From IMG/VR virus record IMGVR_UViG_3300042518_001429, positions 27,892-91,891 of that record: a DNA stretch of 64,000 nucleotides; one strand, given 5' to 3'. Both the position numbers and the translations under genes were made by a program. The notes beneath the pieces are model-generated. The model saw only the letters and a list, made by a program, of their open reading frames with translations, was not told where the DNA came from and did no database searches. The first letter of the stretch is position 1. Each line of letters starts with the position of its first letter. Positions 29,274 through 38,600 of the stretch are shown piece by piece. The DNA comes from a virus.

Positions 29274-29546
29274 TTATACCTGCTGTCCAAGCCATATCTG
29301 TACCGGTGTATTCACTTCTATTCTAAACTGTTCTACAAAAGATAGGTCTGGTTCGTTTTGATGTACTACATTTACATGCCATCCTTCTATAAAAGTAGGA
29401 GCTGTTAATTGGTTACCTTCTTCATCATAAGTTCCGGGCTGATCTACTATCTGACCTACTTCACTGACGCTAACACCCTCTGGCCATTCATCAAGAGGCG
29501 GTACCAGGTCTTTACTAGGAAATTTATAATATTTGTATTGTAGCAT
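29274..29546 (-). CDS. Small fibre-associated (chaperone-like) protein
   Basis: G.YDEEG...AP....GWHVN...V.TP...W motif, typically found downstream of phage fibre/LamG genes. Confidence 0.6.
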   Translation of the reverse strand: MLQYKYYKFPSKDLVPPLDEWPEGVSVSEVGQIVDQPGTYDEEGNQLTAPTFIEGWHVNVVHQNEPDLSFVEQFRIEVNTPVQIWLGQQV

Positions 29547-29554
29547 AAAATTAT

Positions 29555-31417
29555 TTAAGAGGTTATAAGTCTTAATCTATTGTTTGAAAGTCTTGTAGGC
29601 CAGTAAGTGATTTTGCGGAGATAATTGTTAAGATAAAATTGTGAGCCATTTAATGAGCCAAGGGACAGGCGGTTTATATTATAGGGAGGAATTCTTGTAG
29701 TATTGAGCGTTGTTAAAATAGAATTTTGAGCAGCTTGAGTATTACCTAGTTTATAGGTACCTATCATTTCATATATTGTATTAAGCTGACTATTGTTTGT
29801 AAAATTAAGAGTAGTTGATACACCGTTATTCCATACTGTAAAACCGTGAGCATCTGCATAACTTTGCAAAGTAATATTATTAGTTGTATTAGAAGAATTG
29901 GTAAATGAAACTATTTTCCAATCGCTTGGTGAATTAACTTTATAAATTTCTGCAAATAATGTTCCTTGTTCTTGATTATAAAACGAATCGACTGTATTTA
30001 CATAAGCAAAATCTGCAGATCTCGTAGCCGACAAACCAGCTGTAGGAATATAAGAAGTCGGAAATGTTCCTTGTTCAAGCTGTGGGGCAGCGATACGAAG
30101 AGTTATATCAATTACATCACCATTATCTATACCTATTAATTCAATTTGAGAATTAACAAAAGATGCTGTTGGTTCTATTAAAGTTCTTGTTGCGGTATAT
30201 CTTTTTAACTCAACACCGCTTATATTATTAGATTGAGTTCGTTGTAAAAATGTCCCCGCGGAATCTCTTTCTACAGTAGAGAGCCAAAGATTAGATATAT
30301 TAGCAGTTGATCCGGAAAGCACCCCCACGTAGCAAGAACCTGTCCAAGTTTGGTTAGGAAGTGCTGATAATTGAGTAGTAGAATTAAATCTAACAGCAAT
30401 ATTGTTAGACCCAATTTGCGTACACGTACCACTAAACTTTATATCTATGTAAGAAAACCCATTTAGTGTTCCTGTATTTACAATTTCTCGGTTAATGCCG
30501 CTCGGACCACTAGTATCCCAACCAAAAATTGGCATAGTTCCTGGTGCACCGACAATAGCACCTATAGCTTGAGAATTATATATACTATTAGTTCTAGACT
30601 CTTCAATTAAAAGCCCTCTAGGTACCCCGGTAGTAACTGCTGTTGTAGTTGTAGGGATGTAGCTTGTGGCCGATAGACCTGTCTCAACTTGAGCACCCCA
30701 TAAAAAGACTCCTGAAGAACCATCCCCTGTATAGCTTCCAGCAAAGGTGGAACTGTTACTTGAAGCAAGTCCAACAACAGTTAAAGTATTACTAGAGCTT
30801 AAAGCTGTTGAGGTTATTGAGCACCGGTACCATCCGTTGCTTAAAGCTGATATGGAGGGGGTTATATTACCTAAAGTTGTGAATATACTGCCATTACCTG
30901 TCAAATTAAAATATGAATATCTTGTACCTAAACCAAAAGGACCACTTACAGAAGGGTCGTTATAAAGCTCTACATAAATGCTATTACGCCCGTTAGGTTT
31001 AACAAAAACCGAGTATGTAAATGGCCCTGCAAACGGGATTGTTATAGATCGAGATACTACATGAAAAGTGTTAGGATCAGTGTTTTCAATAACTCTATCA
31101 GCTGTTGAAGTGCCAATCGGATCTGTTGTATTATTTGCTGTAACTGTTAATTGATTTGGACTCCATTGATCAAAGTCTTGACTAAAAGTTCTATAATTCG
31201 TCCTAAAATCTCCGTATTCAAATCTCGGAACATCATTAGGTACTGTAGAAAGAATGCCTGTAGAAGTGAACACAGTAGCTGAAGAAGCTCTAGTAAATGT
31301 TATATTAGGTCCTACTCCATGATTGAGAGTATTATTGGTTACAAAGTCTCTACTAAATGTCGGTGTAATGACATTCCTCGATCTTCTAGAACCTATATTA
31401 ATACCGTAATCTGACAT
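29555..31417 (-). CDS. Receptor-binding/fibre protein: two CBM-like modules plus LamG-like C-terminus
   Basis: TFTRAS.AT, PRF, GLLIEESRTN, WGAQVE.G..ATSYIPT, QLEQG.FPTSYIPT. Confidence 0.8.
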   Translation of the reverse strand: MSDYGINIGSRRSRNVITPTFSRDFVTNNTLNHGVGPNITFTRASSATVFTSTGILSTVPNDVPRFEYGDFRTNYRTFSQDFDQWSPNQLTVTANNTTDPIGTSTADRVIENTDPNTFHVVSRSITIPFAGPFTYSVFVKPNGRNSIYVELYNDPSVSGPFGLGTRYSYFNLTGNGSIFTTLGNITPSISALSNGWYRCSITSTALSSSNTLTVVGLASSNSSTFAGSYTGDGSSGVFLWGAQVETGLSATSYIPTTTTAVTTGVPRGLLIEESRTNSIYNSQAIGAIVGAPGTMPIFGWDTSGPSGINREIVNTGTLNGFSYIDIKFSGTCTQIGSNNIAVRFNSTTQLSALPNQTWTGSCYVGVLSGSTANISNLWLSTVERDSAGTFLQRTQSNNISGVELKRYTATRTLIEPTASFVNSQIELIGIDNGDVIDITLRIAAPQLEQGTFPTSYIPTAGLSATRSADFAYVNTVDSFYNQEQGTLFAEIYKVNSPSDWKIVSFTNSSNTTNNITLQSYADAHGFTVWNNGVSTTLNFTNNSQLNTIYEMIGTYKLGNTQAAQNSILTTLNTTRIPPYNINRLSLGSLNGSQFYLNNYLRKITYWPTRLSNNRLRLITS

Positions 31418-31418
31418 A

Positions 31419-34400
31419 TTAGTTACTTAGTGCTGTTAATTGTTGGTTGGTTAATTGGGTGTTATAATATTCAATAGACTGAATATGTCCGTTAAAATAG
31501 CTAAAACCTTCAAGTGACGGTAATGCTGATACAGCTGTTGACTGAGTCATGAGGGAGCTACTAACACTAGCTGCAAAAGTACTCGGGCCATATGAGTAAG
31601 CTATATAAGAAGCTGAATTAGCAGCATTTAAATTGCTTGTAAAGTTTGCTGTAAGAGGGGTGTATTGAGCACCAGCTGAAAGGAAATAGCTATCTGTAAA
31701 TGCATTCCATTGAGTGCCTACAGATCCGTCACCGCCTGGACCAGACTTCCAAATACCGTGAATTGAATTATAAGTGTCGCCAATATCAAGAACGGCTGCC
31801 GTCTGTGCACCTGATAAAGGAACAGCTCTTGTGTAAAATGTTCCTTGTTCTGGGTTATAGAAAGAATCAAAAGAGTTACTGTTAACCTGTATAATATCTT
31901 CAGCTCTTGTTACAGCTGCATTAGTTGTAGGAATATAAGATGTTGGGAAAGAGCCTTGCTCTAACTGCGGAGCAGCGATGCGGAGGGTTAGGTTGATGGG
32001 GTTGCCGGAGGTGTAGCCAATGAACAAATACGGAAACACTCTTTCGACTGATGCGCTGGACATTGTGCGCGTTGCCGAACGTCTTTGGCTAATTAGCGGG
32101 TCGCCGGTTGGAAGCGTGGTGTTTGCGGTAGATTGCCCCGCAACCGAAGAGCCGCCAGCCGTGCCCCCCTGAACGCCTATTCCGTATGTCGCATTAGTAA
32201 ATGCGCCAGCTTCAAGTTTTACATAGGCAGAGTTTGTCCAAGTCTGTGCATCGGCGGCTACAACTTGTGTTGCCGTTTCAAAGGGTAGCGTAACAAAGCC
32301 TGTCGCCGTTGGGGTGCCGTGATAGCGGACATCAATGTAAGACAGCCCATTGTCTGTCCCAGCGCCGACAATTTGTCGCGTAACGCCGTTGGTTGTTGAA
32401 GTAAAGTTCCAGTTTGTAGGAGGCGTCCCGGGCGTCCCAGCTACAGCCCCACCAGCCTGCGAGTTGCGGATGCTATTCGTCCGAGCCTCCTCAACCAACA
32501 ACCCCTGACAAACTTTAGTAACCGGGTCATAGTTAAATCTTGGCTTATTGGCTCCGGCAATTCTTAAAACACCATTTGAGTCAAAATATGTAGCTTGAGA
32601 ATTTCTATAAACTTCTACCCCAGGCCCTGTGCCAGTATAGAGGGAAGCATCTTCGGCAAAATATTTAGCAAAACCTAGACTTGATAAGGTCAAAGCTCTT
32701 AAAGAAGTATTTGAAAGACGTTTAGGCCAGTAACCAACTTTACGGATATAGCCGTTTATATAACCAAAATTATCTATTTTACCTAAATGTAAAGTTAATA
32801 CTTTAGGTATATCAATAGAAGTAGTACCTATATTAGCATTATTAACAAAAAGCGTTGCTGAGGTTGTATTATAACTAGTACCCGCTCTTACAATATTTTC
32901 ATTTAAAAGATTGACTTGTGTTGATCGTAGTATTGGAGATGGAACACTATTAACTTGAAATTGAGTGCCAACATAACTAGTTGTACCAATCCGGGTATAT
33001 ATACCAAAATGATTTACAGTACTATTATCATTAATTACAGCGAGCCATGGCGTACTAACGGGGCTTTTAACCACCCCTTCAACAAATAGTGTTCCTTCTT
33101 TTTTATTATACAAATTTGTAAAACTACTACCAGATATAGTAGCATTATCTGCAGCTTTTGTAACCTGAGTACCAGCTGTAGGAATATAAGATGTTGGGGT
33201 AGTGCCTTGTTCAACTTGAATACCGGCTACTTCACAAGTACCTGTTAAAGCTGGTCCGCCAATACCATGAGCTGGGTATATTTGAAAATATGCATAACTT
33301 AAAGGAAAGCTACTAAATGTGGTGTTAAAAGAAAATCTTTTATACGTTTTAAAATCAGCGGCACTTACATTTTGTACACTATTAGAAATTGTAGCATAAG
33401 GACCGAGATATTGAAGGGTATCTGGTCTGTAATAAATTCCAGTGTGGTAAGTTGAAACTGGGTCTGTATTAGTCACCCAAGCAATTCTAGCTACAGCTGC
33501 AGCAGTAGATTGCGGAACATTTGTTGCATAAAAAGAACAATTATAAGTCCCAGTTGTCATCAATGTGAAAGATGTGGTAATAGATGTATAGCCTATTACT
33601 TCTGATTGAGTTGTAATTACAAAAGAGCTTAACCCCGCAATGCCTGAACCACGTGTACTACTAAGTGAGGTTGATCTTGACCATTGGGAGGGATGGGTTA
33701 AGTCATTTTGGGGTATAAGATTAGTTCTTTGTTCTTCAATTAAAAGCCCTTTTGGTGTAGAGACAGTAACAGGCTGGGAACCAGTTGAGATATAAGAGGT
33801 GGCTGTAGTACCTATTTCGCATTGAAAGCCGTAAACATAAACTTTAGAGTTTGGATTACTACCAGTGCCAGAAACTACTACAAATTGAGTACCTCTTGGC
33901 CCGTTAGGTGCGCCAGGATTATAATATGTTGAATAGGTAAATCTTTTCCAGTTTGTTGTTAATTGATTTTTAATATCAGGATTAAACCCGTCGGATGTAC
34001 CTAGCGAAACTGCGAAAGCTGATGTATCATCAGCTTTAACCCAAGCAGAAACCGTTATAGGAGTACCTGATAGTAATGGTGGTATTACTTGTATGATCCC
34101 GTTTCGGGCAAATGTAGGGGAAATATATATACTAGAAGATAATGGTATAGACCATGCTGAATTAGCAACGCCATCTGGTCCGACAGTATCTTGCCGCCAA
34201 TCTGGAGATTTTGTACCATACCCAACCCAAGCACTTGAATTAATATCATTAGAAGCTGAAAGAAGATTAGTTCTATGATCACTCCATTCAAATCTCGGTT
34301 CATTGATATTTGCCAGAGCTATATTGCCGTTCCGGTCAATGTAAGTTGCCGAAGTACTTCTAGTAAAAGAAATATCCGGGCCAATTCTAGTTAAAGAAGG

Positions 34401-34532
34401 AAGAGCTCCAACAGATATCGGGCCATTGAGTTGAGGATCTAAAGTAAAATCTCGATAAAATGTTGGCTTCTCTGATCTAAGACCGGAGAGAGAAGCTTGC
34501 TGTTGAGAAAATGCTATAAAATTATTAAACAT
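31419..34532 (-). CDS. Receptor-binding/fibre protein: three CBM-like modules plus two LamG-like domains; paralog of the downstream gene
   Basis: Repeated RTN...Q.E.G...TSYI module boundaries; internal duplication. Confidence 0.8.
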   Translation of the reverse strand: MFNNFIAFSQQQASLSGLRSEKPTFYRDFTLDPQLNGPISVGALPSLTRIGPDISFTRSTSATYIDRNGNIALANINEPRFEWSDHRTNLLSASNDINSSAWVGYGTKSPDWRQDTVGPDGVANSAWSIPLSSSIYISPTFARNGIIQVIPPLLSGTPITVSAWVKADDTSAFAVSLGTSDGFNPDIKNQLTTNWKRFTYSTYYNPGAPNGPRGTQFVVVSGTGSNPNSKVYVYGFQCEIGTTATSYISTGSQPVTVSTPKGLLIEEQRTNLIPQNDLTHPSQWSRSTSLSSTRGSGIAGLSSFVITTQSEVIGYTSITTSFTLMTTGTYNCSFYATNVPQSTAAAVARIAWVTNTDPVSTYHTGIYYRPDTLQYLGPYATISNSVQNVSAADFKTYKRFSFNTTFSSFPLSYAYFQIYPAHGIGGPALTGTCEVAGIQVEQGTTPTSYIPTAGTQVTKAADNATISGSSFTNLYNKKEGTLFVEGVVKSPVSTPWLAVINDNSTVNHFGIYTRIGTTSYVGTQFQVNSVPSPILRSTQVNLLNENIVRAGTSYNTTSATLFVNNANIGTTSIDIPKVLTLHLGKIDNFGYINGYIRKVGYWPKRLSNTSLRALTLSSLGFAKYFAEDASLYTGTGPGVEVYRNSQATYFDSNGVLRIAGANKPRFNYDPVTKVCQGLLVEEARTNSIRNSQAGGAVAGTPGTPPTNWNFTSTTNGVTRQIVGAGTDNGLSYIDVRYHGTPTATGFVTLPFETATQVVAADAQTWTNSAYVKLEAGAFTNATYGIGVQGGTAGGSSVAGQSTANTTLPTGDPLISQRRSATRTMSSASVERVFPYLFIGYTSGNPINLTLRIAAPQLEQGSFPTSYIPTTNAAVTRAEDIIQVNSNSFDSFYNPEQGTFYTRAVPLSGAQTAAVLDIGDTYNSIHGIWKSGPGGDGSVGTQWNAFTDSYFLSAGAQYTPLTANFTSNLNAANSASYIAYSYGPSTFAASVSSSLMTQSTAVSALPSLEGFSYFNGHIQSIEYYNTQLTNQQLTALSN

Positions 34533-35680
34533 TAGACGAAAACTCCTACACCGAAGAGTTCATTGTTTGTTTTATAAATGAACATTCCGGAGTAAGGTGT
34601 ATTGTTTTCAGTCCCTGAAGCATTAAGAGGTGAGCCAGCTGATAGATATATTGATCCAGTACCAACATTAACAATTGAAACGTTAAACCCGTTTAATAAG
34701 CTTCCTGGAAACTGAGCCGTGATGGCAGGTGTTGTTGTTGTATTGAAGTTAAATGCTCTACCGGAATCTGTATCGGTAAATATAATATTTGAACTTGTAG
34801 TAGCAGAAACTTGATAGTTAGTAACTCTTAATGAACTAATAGCTACATTTGAAGTTGAAAGATAGTTAGTAACGGTGGGAATAATATCAGAGGACTCTTC
34901 CCAGGAAGCAGAATTCGCGCGAACCAAGCTTGAAGCTGCATTCCAAAGATCGGAAGTACCACCAGGGGTATTAATAACAGCTGCTGAAATATTACCGATA
35001 ACAGTTAAAGCTTGACCGGTTAAGGGAAGACCGGAAATACCTACTTGACCTGTAGCGGTGTTGATTATAAAGGAAGTGAGAGTTGTTGTACCAGTTCTAC
35101 TTGAACCAATAAATCTATTAGTAGGTTCTTCATAACGAATTCTAAAACCAGAAAAAGATCCCGTTCGAGTTTCACCGATATCAAAAATAGGGTCAACACC
35201 ATCATTAGCAGGATCGTGAACAAGAGTAAATGTTCGAGCGCTTAAAGACCCAATGCCAATTGCAGTAGCTGAAGTAGCGCCTATAAATGAGCCATTAAAT
35301 GTAATAGAACTCATTGTTACATTTGAAGTAGAAAGGTATCTAGTAACTGTAGGAAGAATATCAGCGGACTCTTCCCAAGAAGCAGAACTATTTTGTACTA
35401 TAGTTGCAACATTAGCTGCTCTATTCCAGTTAGCAGAATTAGATTCTACAACTGTTGATGAACTGTCATACCGGCTAGAAACAGAACTAAAGACGGTAGA
35501 TCTATTAAATGCAGTATTCCAGTTAACAGAATTACCGGAAAGTGTATAAGCTGAAGCTAAAGAAAGTACTTGGGATACATTAGTTTTATATTCAGTAGAA
35601 CCGTCGGCATTATATCCTACTAAAAAGTCTGCTGTATCTGGAGTTTTAAGGTTAAAATCTAAAAAGCTATTGTCGGCCAT
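34532..35680 (-). CDS. Fibre/connector protein with internal repeats
   Basis: NS.NWN repeats; two copies of NS(S)ASWEES.DI.PTVT.YLSTSNV. Confidence 0.65.
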   Translation of the reverse strand: MADNSFLDFNLKTPDTADFLVGYNADGSTEYKTNVSQVLSLASAYTLSGNSVNWNTAFNRSTVFSSVSSRYDSSSTVVESNSANWNRAANVATIVQNSSASWEESADILPTVTRYLSTSNVTMSSITFNGSFIGATSATAIGIGSLSARTFTLVHDPANDGVDPIFDIGETRTGSFSGFRIRYEEPTNRFIGSSRTGTTTLTSFIINTATGQVGISGLPLTGQALTVIGNISAAVINTPGGTSDLWNAASSLVRANSASWEESSDIIPTVTNYLSTSNVAISSLRVTNYQVSATTSSNIIFTDTDSGRAFNFNTTTTPAITAQFPGSLLNGFNVSIVNVGTGSIYLSAGSPLNASGTENNTPYSGMFIYKTNNELFGVGVFV

Positions 35681-35684
35681 ATAT

Positions 35685-38600
35685 TTATTTAACTCCTACT
35701 CTAATTAAATTTTGTCCATTTATACGAATAAGGTTATTATTATTTATGCGTATAAGATTCGATCTTAATAATGTGGTAATATTTAAAGATGAATATATTG
35801 GACCGGCATCATTTGTTACACTAAATGACAGATTAAAGCTTTGAGGTGTAGTTGGTGTAAGACAAGTAAAAAGTCCAGTACTTGTTAGGGACGCCCATTC
35901 AGGAAAATTAATTGATTCAAATGTACAATTATTTGGGGTTACTAATAGTTGTTGAGTGTAACTAGCACTAACAGGTAGGGTTACATTGAGATCAGAAAGT
36001 ATAGCCGGTGGTAGGCTTTCTTCAAGTTGTGGAGTGTATATTTTTATATCTTCAACCGTTAATTCCGGTTCATTATTGATATAAATCGATATAATAGTAT
36101 CTTTATTAGTGTTATTTTTAGCTGTAAAAGTATATAAGAATTGTTTTTTTGTGGAGCTATAGGATAGAACTGGTCGTGAAATTTCTATAGCACTTAAACT
36201 GTTAAATGTTTGAGTGTTTGATGGTATAGAAAATGCTTTTTTAAGAATATTTCTACTTATGTCGTAAGAGTAAAGATAGGGTACAATACTACTACCCTGC
36301 ATTTCAACTACACTTATTATAATTGTTTTTTCTTTTGCAAAAAACCAAGTGTCTCCAACCTTTGCGTAGTTAGGGTTATTTGGTAAGGTGTTTGTAAATT
36401 CTCGGTTAAGATTATTTTGAGCAGGAACTGCTAAAGAGATACCACGGGCGGAATCAGCAATACTGAAAATACCAGCTTGACTATAATCATAGTTTATTTT
36501 TTCAAAAATTATTGCTCCACTAGTCTCTATATACAAGGTATCGTAAAAGGTGTCTATTTTGCGTACACCGGTGCCAGTTAACTCGTTGTATAGACTTATT
36601 GTTTTATAAGTGTCAAAAACGTCGAGTAAGGCGTTATATCCTGGTTCAGTTTGCTGAGAATTCTTTCTAATCCAAATTTGACCGGGTACTGTAATTCTTT
36701 GACTGGATGGAACCTCTTTTATATCTTTGTAGAGGCCGTATTGATTACCATACACATCTGTGCACCAGTTGTCAAGAAGAAGAGTTGTATTTTTAAGAAT
36801 TTGATCTTTTACCCAGTGACTAACGCTAATTTCTCCTGTAAAATTGATAGGACGATTAACTGGATCAGCCCAATTAATGTCTTGAGGCCCGCCCCAAGGG
36901 TGTTGTCGACTTACAGGTGTAATTAAACCAATACGAGTTAATGGGTTAGTTTCGTATGTTGATTGATACGGTATAAATTTTTGATATTGTTTAAAAATAT
37001 CTTTTTTAATCGTACCAGCTAAGGAACCTGTAGTGTAAGGTTCTTTTAACCACGTATTATCTTCAACAGATATAGTATAGGGTGAAAATTGATTTTCCTT
37101 TGTTAGTCCTCTATTGCCTATTTTACGTACTGGTAAGTTATATATATCTGTTGTTTTTATAGAACTTAACGCTAATTCAAAAGAATAATCTTTATCAATA
37201 TATGTTAAAAGCCCTAAATTAGCAGGTTTAAAATAGGCACCTATTTGTTTTGTATTATAAAGAGCATCAAATGTTGGTAAATGAGCTACAGTCGGATAAA
37301 ACTGATTTGTTAATGTTGACCACGGGTCTCTACTTGTTATAGCAATTGACGAAACAGGGGCGGAATAGATTATTTCTGAAATTTGTGGTTCAGCACTTAT
37401 ACTCCATGTAAAGAAATTTAAAGCATTGTAATATACTTCAACAGGTTCATTCTCTACTACATTTTGTAACAAGATAGTAGAAGGTTCTGTAGTTGGTTTT
37501 GAAATTAAATTATTGCTGGGGTTGTATGTAGTAGGGGTGCTGTTTAAGTTTGTTTCAAGCTTACACCATTGATTTACATTGGTAATATTATTAATGGTAA
37601 CATTTTGATTCCAAACCATACGGGTTTGCGGCTTACGTTTATACTCTACATATTCCCCTCCCTTTAATACAATATCTGAAATTTCATAAAAAGTGACGGG
37701 GTTATATTTATCAAAAAAGCTTAAAGCAGGACTCCAGCTTTCAACGGTTTTATATTCAGTGTCAGCTGTTTTATTTAAATTACTTTTTACCCAAACAGGT
37801 ACAGCTCCTATATTACTACTCGTAACATCGTTTAAGAATGTTGTGGGAGTGTTTGTAGTATAGTTCCATCCTTTAAGATCTGTTTCGAGTACAAAGCCTG
37901 GTACGGGTAAATAAAATGTTGATAAACTTGGTACCTCTACAGTGTCTGGAATACAAGTAATAGGGGGTATGTTAGTGAAATAATAACAACCGGTAGCTGC
38001 TGGGGTAAATAATAAATCCTGAGAAGCAGTAACAGCAGTTAATTTTACAGTGTAGAGACCGGTAATTCCGGGTATAAATGTTGCAATAGGTTGATCAAGA
38101 TACGTTTCAATATTATTATTAGGGTCAGTAATTTCCCATCTAAGAATTCTTTGTATAGCCGCTGATGGCAAGCTAGGGTATTGTTTATACGGGTCTTTAA
38201 TATTAGCTGCTGTTAGTGGTAAATTTCTGGAAAATAAAAGCGGGTAACTAATAGTAACCACAGCATTTGGGCTATTAACTGTTAAGTAATCATAATTAGA
38301 CCAAATGCTGCCACGGTTTTCGGTAAATATTTGCTCCTGTATGTATGTTCCTGTTGTATTATAATATGTTGACCCTGCTCGTGAGTATATTAAAAGGTCG
38401 TTTGAGTTGATAGACATTGTTGTAGGTATATTAGTTGATACCCAATTATCTTGACTGTCCTTCATTGCACCCATCCAAACACCTTTTTTATTTTCAGTTG
38501 TGATTTGTCTTACTACTAGTTCAGGGAAGTTATCTGTTTCAATATTTTTATCACGGACGTTGGCACGGTAGTACGTGTATCTTTTACCGCGCTGTAAATA

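Noticed and set aside
29555-34532. Diversity-generating retroelement targeting the fibre genes
   Set aside because: There is no reverse transcriptase in the window, and I saw no ~100-bp TR/VR pair differing only at adenines. A TR elsewhere in the genome cannot be excluded.
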